From: Eledone cirrhosa | Taxonomy: Eukaryota | Assembly (NCBI GenBank): GCA_964016885.1 | Contig: OZ024740.1 | Coordinates: 347,386,001 to 347,450,000 of the forward strand | Direction: 5' to 3' | DNA: 64,000 nucleotides | Shown: in pieces, positions 31,336-46,947 of the stretch | How positions within the stretch are numbered: the stretch's first letter is position 1 | Layout of the letters: every line of letters starts with the position of its first letter | Program-made: the position numbers and the translations under genes | Notes under the pieces: generated by a model | Told to the model about the DNA's origin: nothing | Seen by the model: only the letters and a program-made list of their open reading frames with translations | Databases searched by the model: none

Positions 31336-32090
31336 TCTTGATTCTACGGACTGGTCGCCAGAGAAACGATTGTAATATGTCCAATAAATTCCATTCGTCG
31401 CAACACTGCTTCTCTTTTTTTTGTGATATATATATATATATATATACACAGACACATATATATATATTTACGATGAGTGGAAGAACATTCGAAATGAACG
31501 TGTTAACTTTTAGTGCATAATGTGATGAAGTAAATACCAAACATGTGGGTGATACTTAAGCTTCAGTTTTACCTTACAACAAAACGAAATATGCCTATTA
31601 TCTATTGATTGTTGGATTCCACATATTGTCATCGTTGTGGATGGAATTATAATACTGGTAGATATTTCATCCTCTACGAAATGGGTGAGATTTGAAAGTA
31701 AATAGTGAGGCAATATATTCTTCTGGCGTTCTATGTATTGTGCTAAGTTGGAGGACAGCATTTCGGAAAGGTGTATGGGGTAGCAGTAAAACATGGAAAG
31801 CATAATATCTACTAATCAAGCATGAGTGTGTGTCTGTTTATGTGTCTATTTGTCTTTCAGTGCGATGGTAGATTCGCTTAAATGCATCTGACATCCCTGA
31901 ATACCCTAGCGAAAGTGTTAACGTTATATCTCATGTTCTGAGAGTCATATAATCAATGTCGATATAAAGTAACTTTACACACACACAGACACACACACAC
32001 ATTCTTTCTTTCTCAATCTTTCTCCCCCTCTCTCTCGCTCACGCGCACACAGCCACATACACACACACACACACATACACACACACACAT

Positions 32091-32151
<61 letters not shown>

Positions 32152-32920
32152 TATTTCCACAAACATGCATACGTTCGAAATACTAACTGACGGAATATCC
32201 GACATTTTACTGAATGAGAAAGTTAGAGAGATACTTTTATTGATGAATGAAAATTGGATTTGTATTCGTATATATGTGTGTGGCAACATTTGCGTATGTG
32301 TGTATTTTGCACATGTGAACATTGAAGACAATTCCGATATCTACACTCCCTTAACAGCGGAAAGCGACACGAAATAGCAGGAATTTGGTACTGGGAGTTA
32401 GTGATAAGATAGCTAAGAGAGATCGATTTCAATTTTTTTTCAAAACTATAACACAATCAGCCAAGTTCGTGTACTGTCTAAAATTCATTGAACAATTGTA
32501 TTTTAGAATTTCAAAGCCATTTAAAATGTTAAAGCAATTAGTAATTGGCAGTGTACCACAATTGAAAATTTGCGCTTTGGCAAAATATTCTTTATATGGA
32601 GCGCATCTCCTATTTAATACCCGATATCAAAAGAAAAAAAGTTTTCCTATTACCACATTCTCAAAGACAACTAAGATTATTACTAGATCTGCTCAAGGGT
32701 ACAGTGATAAATTGCATGTTTGCACTAACAAAGCGTATCCTTAATCTGAACGCACGAACCTTCTAGGTATGAAATTTGATATAATCACGAACATATAAAC
32801 GTAGGAAAATGTCCATATATATGCATTTGCTCATATAACTGTGTAACTATATAGGCATGCACGCATGTCCGAATAAATGTATACACACGCATACAAACAT
32901 CCACACACAGACACTCACAC

Positions 32921-32988
<68 letters not shown>

Positions 32989-33132
32989 CACATTTATACT
33001 CTCTGGCATACCTACTCACACTCAAACACATTCACACATTAATATGTATAGTGACACTAACTCTGACTCATACATGGTAAGCAAAGGGGTAAATTTCTAT
33101 TTTGTTACTGAAATATATATAATGCAATACAT

Positions 33133-33268
33133 TAACAAATGGAAACTATACTTATAAAACTATATTTATAAAACTATATTTATAAAACCATATTTATTTC
33201 ATTGTACATATTTCAAGGGCCGTAAAATGAAATAAATATGGTTTTATAAATATAGTTCCCATTTGTTA
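33133..33268. repeat. Inverted repeat
   Basis: aacaaatggaaactata..ttataaaaccatatttatttcatt versus aatgaaataaatatggttttataaatatagttcccatttgtt. Confidence 0.7.
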
Positions 33269-33361
33269 ATATATGGTATATTTACTCCAATAATTTGTTG
33301 AGTGATTTATATCAGTTTTAAAAATGTTTTGCTTGTTGTAGCCCAACAAATTAAATAAAAC

Positions 33362-33441
<80 letters not shown>

Positions 33442-33744
33442 CCGATTTCATTCCCACTTTTGTCTTCGCTTCTCCTCTCCTCTTCTCTCATTCTATACCA
33501 CTCTCATTTCTCATATCATACTTTAGACTCTCTTTCTTCATTTCAACCCGCTCTCCGTTCAATATGTGCTTATATCTTGACCCCACCTTTTACTATACAT
33601 ATAGTATTCAGTTGTTTACAGCTACCTTATACGCTAAGAATCCTATAATTTTATGAAAATGCATATATGCTATGTGTGCTTGCATTCTTTACAAATTATT
33701 CCCTGTGATTGTTTCATATGTTTATTCTATATATATATACAAAG

Positions 33745-33777
<33 letters not shown>

Positions 33778-33821
33778 ACGAAGGAATTGTGGTAAGGAAC
33801 CAGATGGACCATAACATCTAG

Positions 33822-33892
<71 letters not shown>

Positions 33893-33900
<8 letters not shown>

Positions 33901-34130
33901 TTCAAAATATTAACAAAATAGATATTCTTGTGATCAATTATATTTTATTTTACATATTTCAGAGGTACTGAGTTAAGTTCAACAGTACGTCCTCAACAGA
34001 TAAAATAAAATGATACATGACATACCCTAACATAGTAGATGGTTAAGAGTCAGTCATGGTAGTGATTAACTTATGGCAAAACTCAATATTTATACCCTAA
34101 TATTGAGAACATGAGATAATATAATACAAA
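33893..34130 (-). mobile_element. pLTR fragment of the 27.5-31.1 kb PLE family (mutated HHR)
   Basis: Colinear with 27522-27765. HHR core reads CTGTTGA and the cleavage-site U is lost. Confidence 0.8.
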
Positions 34131-34137
34131 CAATATA

Positions 34138-36141
<2,004 letters not shown>

Positions 36142-36899
36142 AAGATATATGTATACATGCATGTATATTCAGTATATTGCAGATGTGTCGTGTGCGTGTA
36201 TATGTATGTTTTGTTTGGACGTGTGTGTGTTTGTAACTTTTGAACCGCGGATTAGAGCATTGCTGCTGAAAATCACAATGTGTTATAAATGACTGTTGCT
36301 TTTTTTGCAGGGTGCACAATATTCTACGTGACGCTTTAAACAATTTTGATAACAGAAAGAGAGAAAGCAACGCGAAATAAAACGCAAACAACATATTATG
36401 TATTTATACAAGTATTTATGTTTTTTTTTTATGACTCATTCCGGGCCATACTTCTTAATTGCATCGACCAAAATGAAGCTTTTTCAGTGGCGCCCCATTT
36501 TCTGATTTCTTTCCTCTATAACGATAAAAAAACACATTATGTATATACATACATATACCCTAAGAGTCATAGAGGAAGGGTCGATATACTCCACATTTTA
36601 CAGGGAGAATACCTGCAGAGACATTTTTGGGTACCACTAAACTACCCTTCCCTACAGGGCCAGAATGGCTTATATACAAAATGAGATCTTACGGATACTC
36701 AACAGATTCAGCAGATGTAACGACAAAAATTACCAGCTCGGTAGAACTCCAAAGAGATCTCACCAAACTCAGAAATGCCAGGGCAGCAACACGTAAATGA
36801 ACAAGGTGAACACGTGCCCCTAAGGATATTTGCTATGTAAAGCTGCCGCATTTCAATGAGAAGACGAAAGCTGCCATCAGACAAACCATCCATAAGAAG

Positions 36900-37480
36900 A
36901 GTTCCTCTGACAAGGGCAAGTTTCATCACTGTCAATTCAGTACCTGTCCTGTCCGGATAGTAACCAGGGATCAATTATGGATATTTAACAAGATTTAAGG
37001 GAAGGAAGGGGGGGGGCAATAACATCGATTCCACATTCGAACTAGATCTTGCTGCTTCTTGGAGATTTCAATTCATGTGTGGGAAAGGACGACCACATCT
37101 GGAGTGTTTTAGGACATCACGGCATGAACAAGATGAATGCCAATGGTCTTCTCCTTTTGCAATTAATTATGCACTGAGTTTGAGCTGGTCGTGTCCAATA
37201 ATTCTTTTCGGTAAAAAGAGATCCACTTGCCAACATGGATACACCCGAGATCCAAACATCGACTCATCTTGGAATATATCGCCACCAGGAAGAGAAACCT
37301 CCATGATATCTGCTCTTTAAGAGTAATGCGTGGTGTAGAATGTGATACGGTCCATAAAATCGTACGTATCAAGATAAAAGTGCAGATCAGAGGAAACATG
37401 AGGGCAGCCGAGGTATAACTGCCAAAACGTATAGATGTGTCCAAACTGCAAAGTTTAAAGTTAAGAGATGCTCTTGATAG
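36900..37480 (+). mobile_element. Degenerate RTE-clade LINE endonuclease fragment
   Basis: TWIHPRSKHRLILEYIATRKRNLHDICSLRVMRGVECDTVHKIV matches the RTE APE C-terminal motif (TWxHPRSKHWHLIDY...DH). Confidence 0.75.
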
Positions 37481-39238
37481 AACTTGGGTATAATCGTTTG
37501 CAGATATTTGTCACGGGATGGTTAAATGAAAAGCGCGTAGATAATTTTAAAATGTCTCAAAGTAAAGTTTTATCAAGTTTTCTAAATTTTTGGTGAGATC
37601 TTTTAATCATAAAATATTGTTCTATGCATTCTAGAAATGTGTGCTTGAATGCTGCAATATTATGATTTATCTTGGTATTTTTTTCTTGCATGCCAAATTT
37701 TGGAGCGTATCAATGTGGAGACTATATTCACTGAGTTCGCAATACGAGGTCTGAAACATAAGTTATATTTTTGGGGAATAAATCTGAGTAATTTAGAAAA
37801 CTTAATTATCTTATTATTACTTCGTTACAGAAAATATTTATTATTGTTAGCATTATGATGTTATTCAGGAATGGTCTTTAGATTCACTATTAAAACTTTG
37901 AACTAAACGTATTGCCACTCTCAAATTTATTATTAGACATATTTTCCCCAAATCCATACATGCGTATCTGAGTCATGGCATTCTTCTCTTAGTGATGTAT
38001 TAATGTTCAAATGTAAGCCCAACAGGGTTTTACATCTACCTAAAAGAACGTTAGAATTTATCTTTCGTAACTTCTTAACAGAAGCATCATTCGTCAGGAA
38101 AGCTGTTCCTAGCTGTGTCTAACATTTTCTCATGAGTCAGTCAACTGGCAAATATATTTATTGTTTCGAGAAGCGAATTGTTATATTTAAACCTTTGGGG
38201 GTTCGTGAAATCCTATATGGAAAGAGACTTAATGTAAGAAGTCGTGGTTGTCGCTTTTATTGTTTCTACTGCGTTTGAGGTAATTTAACCAAACAATATT
38301 GCTGGTATTTGTAGTATGAGCCTTGGACGTATATATCGCAATTTAGTCCTGATATCTCCTGAAATAACACCTAAAACTGAATTAATAAAACAAGTTCCTG
38401 TTAAAGTTTAATTCCACAATAATCTGATAGAATATCTAGATATTGCTGTTGATTTTGGTGTTGTTGTTGTTGGTGATATTGTTGTTGTTGGTGGTGGTGC
38501 TGGTGGTCGTGGTGGTCGTGTGTGGGTGGTTGTCGTCGTCGTTGTCGTGTTGTTGTGGTTGACAAAGTCATTTCAGTCGGTACCTTATCTTTTATTTCGA
38601 TATAATATATCTAAGATTACATTCTGTACTGTATCATTTCTTTGTATTTCTTTAAAACAGTGATATTTCTAAAATAACAATTTCAGAAGGATTTCACTTG
38701 TTGAGTGACTCCCTCGAAGCCCCATCATTGGTTTGAGCTTGGGGAGTATATCATTATGTGTAAGTAAAGTATATGTACACGTTTGTGTCAACTAAATTAA
38801 AAGAGTCAACAGAATCAACATCAATATAAATACTTACAGACATATTGCCCTCTCTAATTCACAGAAGTTTAAATAAGTGACTCCATCAGTTCCACATATT
38901 TCAAATAGGATAAGTATCATGCAGTATCGACAATTTGGTTCCGTAGTCGGTGCCGCGCTATTGAGAACGACTCCTGGTTAGAGAAAGTAAAAAAAAAAAT
39001 TTATTTTATTTTTTCTTAAAAAAGAAAAAAATATACACATATCTCTTTCAGTTTCTATCGACATAGATAGAGCGTTTACACGTTTCGATACTTTCCAAGG
39101 TATCTTATTGGAAACATACTTCCCAGGGAGAGGAGTCAGGCTGCTAGTCTTATTTTTCTCAAAGGCATAAGAGTAACGTCACTTTCGATTCGATCCCCCT
39201 GATATGACAGTCTGGCGTAATCGACAGATTTGGTAGTA

Positions 39239-39337
<99 letters not shown>

Positions 39338-39396
39338 TATACTACCATGACTGAATCTTAGCTATCTACTATGTCAGGGTATGTCATGCATCATCT

Positions 39397-39463
39397 TATT
39401 TTATCTGATGAGGATGTACTGTTGAAATTAACTCAGTACCTCTGAAATATGTATAATAAAATA
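39397..39463 (+). ncRNA. Intact type I hammerhead in a solo pLTR (39340-39605) between (TA)n tracts
   Basis: tattttat CTGATGA ggatgtactg..cagtacctct GAAA tatgta TA ataaaata (8 bp stem I). Confidence 0.8.
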
Positions 39464-39600
39464 TACTTGATCACAAGAATATCTATTTTGTTAATATTTT
39501 GAATTAATATTAATAACTCCGGAAAACCATTTCTTTTGAGCGCTTCCAATCTATTGTAAAATTTATTCTTTGAGTTATTCATTGAACCTTGTTTAAGATT

Positions 39601-39671
<71 letters not shown>

Positions 39672-39674
<3 letters not shown>

Positions 39675-39945
39675 CATTTAACTCCTATTTCCCTGCTAGC
39701 ATGGTTTGAACGTGTCTTCACAGAACAAGTCAGTACCGAAGCTGGGCTACCGACGTCCCAGACAGGCAGAGGGGTCTGTATCCCGATTACGTCTGATCAT
39801 ATCAAGTGCAGAGGAGATTTTGTCTTTTCTTTTGACACAACACAAACTGAATTATCCACCTAACCCCTAGTTTGACAACCTGTTTATGGCTGGATGCCCT
39901 TCCTAACACCAAACACTTTACAGCGTGTACTCGGTGCGGGTATTG
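39672..39945 (-). mobile_element. Second SINE-like repeat family (degenerate)
   Basis: Contains ggctggatgcccttcctaac (AGGAAGGGCATCCAGCC on minus), a motif common in invertebrate SINEs. Confidence 0.5.
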
Positions 39946-40299
39946 TGTAGATCTTCAACACTAGAAGTTGTTATACTTTGGGAGTGTCATACTGACAATA
40001 GAAACACATAACAGTTAAATTTCATTTCTGTCTATTAGAAGATGAGTAACTAATCCAATCATCGGTTAGTTTATTAACCAGCTAGCTGCTTAATGGTTAA
40101 TTGGCGAGACTTCAGGCATGCATCCAGTGACATTTACAATGTCAATTGTTGCTTCTCTTTGTCTTCTCTTTGTTCTCATCTTGTTCTATTTACTTCAAAC
40201 AAGATGAAAGAAATAGAACAATATCAAAACAAAGAGGAACAGGAATAGTCATTGATGCCCGTCGAAAAAGATTTGACAATTTGTTTCAGATTTAATAAT

Positions 40300-40510
40300 A
40301 GCTTCTACATTTGGCACAAGGTCAGCAACTTTGGGGGAGTGTAAAATCGATTAATTCGACCCCAGTGCGTTAATGGTGCATTAGTTATCGACCCCGCAGG
40401 GATGAAAGGCAAAGCTAACCTTGGCGGGATTTGAAATCAGAAGGCAAAGGGCCGTAATTCTATGCCATAAAGCATGTTGTCCGACGCTCTACCAATACTG
40501 CCAATCCAAC
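40300..40510 (-). mobile_element. tRNA-derived SINE
   Basis: Reverse-complement match to the family. Confidence 0.85.
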
Positions 40511-41844
40511 CCCCTGTAATCGTCAATGGCTCCAATGACCAATTTTCAGAATATGACATGGAGCATCAAACTTATCACTCTAATTTAATTGACTGTTATT
40601 AAAAAAAAATTATTAATAAGGAAAATATGCATTTTATATCTCAAAACTGTTTTTTTTTTGTTTTGTTTTTTGATAAAACATGATCACAGGAAAAAGACAT
40701 GTTCTTTCCCTGGGTGTTGAATTTCGTATTCGATAAAATGATAACCTGATAAGTATTGAGGTCAAGTCACTGTTGCCTTTCTAAATAATCAAGTATTTGA
40801 GTTCACGTGTTATTTTTGGCAATAACATTTGTTCATTTCTCAGTATATACTCTGTTATCGGTAATTATTTTTCATTGGTTAAAAACATTTTTGTCCGAAT
40901 TACTTTTGGTACGACATCATGAAGAAGGTGATATAAATGGGAGATATCTTTGTATCAACCGATCAAAACAAGGTGCTTGTTCTATAATGTGTTGATGTGC
41001 CTCATGTACCGTATTCAGACTGTCTCAATAAGCCGATATAGATATGTGCAACGTACGTGCTAGGTATACTGAAAGATTTATAATATCAAACAAACAGATG
41101 AGTGTACGATAAAAAAAAGTGGCAAAATAACATAAAATAACCACGAAACCTTTGACTGAAAATGTTGTTGCTGTTATAAGATGTAATGCTCATATTGCTA
41201 GTGCTTTGGAGTCCACACATCTATACCAGAACTGTGCACACATCCATACACTGGCAGTCGGAAATACAGAAATACGTAATATTACTTTTCAGACTTGTTT
41301 CTACAGCTCAAGTCATGGTTCTCTTACTTAATAATTTTTTCTGTGTTCTGGGCGTTAACAAGATCTGTGTTTATATGTCATGTTTATTCTGATGTATAAC
41401 CACCATTTCATCGATCCGAAATAATTAATAAACAACATTGATTTTTAAAGAAATAGGTCGATTATTGACTTGTGATTCGTTCTGTGGTTTTGGATGGACC
41501 GTCGACAAGCAACAGGTTTCTTGTGTGTTGCTTTACTAGCTAGAAAAAGAGTACTGCCCTAGAGTATAACCATAACTTGTCATTCTTGAAAGGGATGTCA
41601 GACCTGCATAGACGGTATCAATAATCCATGTTTCTAGTTTTATAGCTGTGAGTCAGTCAGTTAGGCAGTCAATCCCTCGTAGCCAGGGGCAGTTCCCAGT
41701 CTTTTCGATCGTTTGTGTATTCTTTTATATTTTCTGCCTCCCTTTCCCGAAAGGTTCTATACCATGTTGCTAATATGTTCCTGTCATCTCCTTGTCTTTT
41801 CACTGTTGCATCTCAACACACAATTTGTATATTGCTTCGGATTT

Positions 41845-42345
41845 GTATGTCGCTGCGGATCCACCATGAATTGTTTCAGCCTCCACCCGCTTTCCTGTTG
41901 CTACAGTGCCGGCCGCCTTCCACGCCATGTCGCCATCAACGAGGTCATAAAACATGGTCTGGATGCTGCAGGCTTCCCCTCCCAGCTCGAGCCGGTGGGG
42001 CTGGACCGAAGGGACGGGAAAAGGCCAGACGGTATGACCATCTGCCCGTTCCACGGTGGCAAACCCCTCGTCTGGGATGCCACTTGCAGCGACACTTTCT
42101 CCAGCCGCAACTTGGTGCAGTTTGCAACTAACCCATGTTCTTCTGCACTTCAGGCTAAGGAGGGCAAACTATCCAAGTATCGGTCGCTCTCCGACATGTT
42201 TGCGGTCGTGTCCTTAGCAATGGAGACTTCTGGTGTCCTTGGGCTTAGGGCTACCTCCTTACTACCATCGGCGCTGAGCTGGCCAGCCGCAGATGTGAGC
42301 CGGAGCTGTGGGGCGGCCAGCACGTGGAACCCCATTTTCTCATAA
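41845..42345 (+). mobile_element. CRE-clade non-LTR retrotransposon C-terminal fragment (CCHC plus restriction-like endonuclease)
   Basis: CRCG..H.LSC....RH..IN...EP.GLDR.DGKRPDG.T..P..GG..LVWDATC.DT...K..KY..L......A.ET.G.LG. Confidence 0.8.
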
Positions 42346-43399
42346 TACAGAGAGATGGGGAGGGCGAGAGAGGTGGAGGCGATAAGAGTGGGAGTTCAGT
42401 TCTTCCGTGTTTGGACACATTTGTCAAACTGTAGGTTTTATGAAACAATTGTACCATAAATTAATTTGTATGTCGATGAGCTAGTTACCACAGTACGTGA
42501 CCAACCAGTCACTAATTTGTCACCGTCGCTTGACGTTTTCACGACGCTGTTCTTCTCAAGACTACCTTGTTTTATACATAATCATAGTATAAAATACTTA
42601 GGATTTTACATGAGAGTCGCTGATGAAAGGCATCGAAATTTGTGTAGCAGGTGTAGCAGGTGTAGCAGGTTGTCGTGAAATCGGTTTCCTTGGTTCTTTT
42701 TCTCTTGCTCCCTTTTTCTGTCGTTATTCTCTTCGCTGGTGCCAATACCTGAGAATTTTTGTATTCGTATTCCTACTATCTATTTCACAAACCGTGGTCT
42801 ATGGCATCTACCGGATAGCTTCTCTCAGATATTTTTTCTCCGTACGAAGGCTGGTTATGCAGCCTTATCGTGGCTTGCCATGCGATGAGTTCGTTCGTTG
42901 CTTTGCAGTATTTATGATTTCGAGTATATTTGGAATCTGGATGGTAAAAATACTCCTTTGCTTCGTCTCGTAAAACTAGATTTACTTTCACTTTTAAGGG
43001 AAAGGCGGTGGAATCGAGGAGCCATCTGAGGTTCAATATTCGATGTAAAACATCTTGTGATGCATTGTATTGAAGGCCCTGTTAATTTTACTGCTTGGTG
43101 CTTGGAATGTGTCTGCTCAAATATCAATCTTCTTTCAAATATATGCTTCGTATATAGTGGGACCTCTAGATAATATTACAATTCTCAACAATCTTGTCCT
43201 GTATAATGAAGAATATATAAACACAGACCACATAAATATTGAATCTTCCGTCAGTTAGAAACAGTAAAACAAATTGCTATAGAAAATTACATACCTGAAA
43301 GGAGCAGTAGCACCACAATGACAGGAGACATATTTCTGGTGAAATGAGAACAAAATAACGTAATATGATTTTATAGATGTATATATATATATATATATG

Positions 43400-43467
<68 letters not shown>

Positions 43468-43474
43468 TGTGTGT

Positions 43475-43512
<38 letters not shown>

Positions 43513-43640
43513 TGTTGTGTGAGGTGTGAGTGTGTGTGCGTTGTGTGAGGTGTGAGTGTGTGTGTGTGTGTGTCTGTGTTGTGAGTATTTATAAAATATG
43601 CCGACGCTATATGGTATATATACATATATATATATATATG

Positions 43641-43690
<50 letters not shown>

Positions 43691-45180
43691 TATATATATA
43701 GATATATATATATATATAAGCATGTGAAATAGCCCATATGTTGTGCTGAATTGTTGGGTGTTATGGCGGAAGTAGTTGTAGTGATAGTGGTGGTCATGGT
43801 GGTATGTGTGAGAGAGGAAGGTGGTGATGGCTATCGGTGTTGCTAACTATAGATTAGCATTGGTGTGCCAGAACTATATATAAAGGCATACTAACCGAAA
43901 CTATCATATCTATGAAGGAGTTGTTTCAAAGGTAACCTTTTAATTGTGTACATAGTTGTTCCTGGTATGTAACATTTCTTGCAATTGTTAATTTGAATAA
44001 AGCTGCAAAGAATGATGTTTCCTTCGTCTTTGATCAGCCTACTTTTATAAACCACGAATAAAATATAACTACAGAATTGTATGTTCCTTAAGAACTACTC
44101 CTGTGAAGCAACTGTCCTCTTACTTTAGAAGTGAATAAAGAATATCTTTCAAAGATGATATTCGCTGCAAACGATGCCATTTGAAATGTTCATTTCTAGG
44201 CACGGATGTGACGGCAAATACTAATCCCTATTATTGGCTCTTAAATCGCTGGCAGCATTCTCAAGTGGACTTTGCTACTACATGATCAGATCATGCCAGT
44301 TGTCACCATTTGCTAATTTTCGCTTTTCCTTTCCTACATTCTTCTGACATGAAATCTATAAGGACAGGTCACTCGGGTAAACAGCCATTAGTTAGGGCAT
44401 AAAGAAAAATCCCTTGTTTCACTGTTTTGAGACGAATTGTGTTTTACTTTATTTAGTGAGTATGATTTGTTGTTACAGCTGTAGCTGAGATCCTTAATGG
44501 TTGTTCAGTGCCCACATTCGAATCTGTTGAAGTCTTTCTCTTGTGCCTCACTGACAGTGGTTCGCTTCACGTCATGTTTTTTGTCAGGATTTAATGTTGC
44601 TGCTTCGTGTTATCTAGTTTGGAGACTGATTAAAGTACAAATAATCCTTGACACGTTGAGATAATTCGGTTTTCGAAAAAAGTGGAGTATATTTAGAAAG
44701 CTCATATTGCTATTCTGGTGAAGGTAATATGGTATTTCTAACAAACATTATATGCGTGGGAGGTTTTTGAATTAAAAACAAATATATATGAATATATTTG
44801 TATAAAGAAAGAAAGAGTGGGAAAGTAAATGAAAATGTTGAGTGTATAAATGAATAAATATGAGCTGGTAAATGTTGAGACACACACAAACACACACACA
44901 CACAGACACGAGTGTCATATTACAACATGAGCATTTCATACATTGAAAATAAACCTCTTATTTCAATTAAATATCTTAACTACTTCACATAAGTTGTTTT
45001 GAAAACATACATATGCACATGCAGATGGCACACTCACACTCACACACATACACACGCACTCACATAACACCCACGCACAAATACTCACTGATTCACATAC
45101 ACACACACAATATACACATATATATAGAGAGAGAGATAACGAAACAAACTGCAACAGTTAAATCTGTATTTCATAGCAAT

Positions 45181-45217
45181 ATGTCACCAATCATCGTCTT
45201 CTTACTTCTTCTTTCTG
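45181..45217 (+). CDS. Kazal-type protease inhibitor, first coding exon (signal peptide)
   Basis: ATG...MSPIIVFLLLLS-G|gtatgt phase-1 donor. Upstream acceptor tatttcatag at 45176. Phase matches the Kazal exon. Confidence 0.65.
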
Positions 45218-45524
45218 GTATGTATTTTGTATTATTTCTTTTACGTTACTGGCAACATTGTTGTATCTCAATTTTTGACAATACACTTCGTTGATTCTGT
45301 CTGAGCCCTAGCGCCCAGTGTGTCCTGGCTTGATGTCACTAAACTAAAACCTGACACAATATATTGTTGGCGTTTTCATCATCTCAATTATGCATCCAAA
45401 TCAAAGAATTGATCGTCTTCATTCCAAATGTCCGAATAATTTCAACAGGTGGGCCAAGGCCTTAATCAGAACCAAATGATCTACACTCTGCCAGATTGAC
45501 TATATATCCAATTTTCTCTCTCTT

Positions 45525-45579
<55 letters not shown>

Positions 45580-45597
45580 CTCTGTATACACACACAT

Positions 45598-45690
<93 letters not shown>

Positions 45691-45959
45691 TTTGTATATA
45701 TGTAATATAATGGAATATAAAAAAGATATAAACAGAGATATATACATATATGTGTTCAAATCGTAAGGGACCAGATTCGCTAGGGTGAAGAAAATACTAA
45801 CTATGAACAATAGGGTTTGCCAGACTCAATTTAAAAGAAATATGCCATGCGCGTTATTTTATATACGCATACAATTCAGTCTTCTGAGACACTTAGAAGA
45901 GCAAAAGAATTGGTAATTCCCTATCACTGAATTTGCGAAACTATATATATATATCTATC

Positions 45960-46021
<62 letters not shown>

Positions 46022-46229
46022 AATCTTAGACAGGAACAAAATCAGAGAGGCAGTACAAATATGAGTTTATTAGGTTCACGCTTTTGTGAGTGGGGGGGGG
46101 GGACATATAAATATATATATATAGTAATAATAATAATAATAAATGTGAAGTGAAGACTAAAATCCAAGGAGGGCTCGATATGGATAAATATATAGATATC
46201 AAATATATAAGAAACATAGACCAAATATT

Positions 46230-46355
46230 TATTAAAATAACAGATTAAAGTTTAAGCAACGAATCGCTGCTTGCACCCTTAACGGGATCTTCAGAAGATC
46301 CCGTTAAGGCTGAAAGCAGCGATTCTTTGCTTAAACTTCAATCTGTCATTTTATT
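46230..46355. repeat. Foldback whose axis lies at a hammerhead core
   Basis: Arms meet at tcttc-a-gaaga. Consensus of the arms: CTGAAGA t-ccc-gttaa-ggg-t GAAA gcagcg-att-cgttgc TT. The flank 46120-46220 recurs at 46860-46945. Confidence 0.65.
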
Positions 46356-46561
46356 ATATATATATGCAAGAGATGTCAACATGAATGGACCTGTTATTTT
46401 TATCTCAAGACATTTTTCAAATTCCATCCCGCCCGTCCCCTCAATCTATTTTATTTCTCATTCTTTCTTCTGATGAAGGACAAACTATATCAAGCGTTAA
46501 TAACCTAATATATACCTTCCAGATATTGTACCGATTGTGTTGTTAAATTCTGTTTACCTGT

Positions 46562-46683
<122 letters not shown>

Positions 46684-46947
46684 TATATATATATACATAA
46701 TCGGAGAAAGCTAATAGCGATACTCCGGCGAAATTCCAACTCACTCAACAAACAGGAAATATCTGAGTATATACCTAATTAAACGTTCGGGGTGCTAACT
46801 AATTGTAATGTGTGGAAAATTGGCTGTATCACTTTCATATGAGATATATCAATATATATATATATAGTAATAATAATAAATTTGAAGACTAAAATCCAAA
46901 GACCGCTCGATAAGGATAAATATATATCAAATATATAAGAACCGTAG

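Noticed and set aside
38040-38105. CTGACGA...GAAA on minus as a hammerhead
   Set aside because: Stem II is partial and no convincing stem I partner follows the putative cleavage site.
42615-42655. CTGATGA..GAAA on plus as a hammerhead
   Set aside because: No stem II pairing; at best a decayed remnant. The same applies to CTGATGA at about 1477 and CTGAAGG at about 22315(-).
43070-43258. ORF resembling a signal peptide (MKALLILLLGAWNVSA) as the Kazal first exon
   Set aside because: It starts at TTG, not ATG, and has no good phase-1 donor after the hydrophobic stretch. 45181-45217 fits better.
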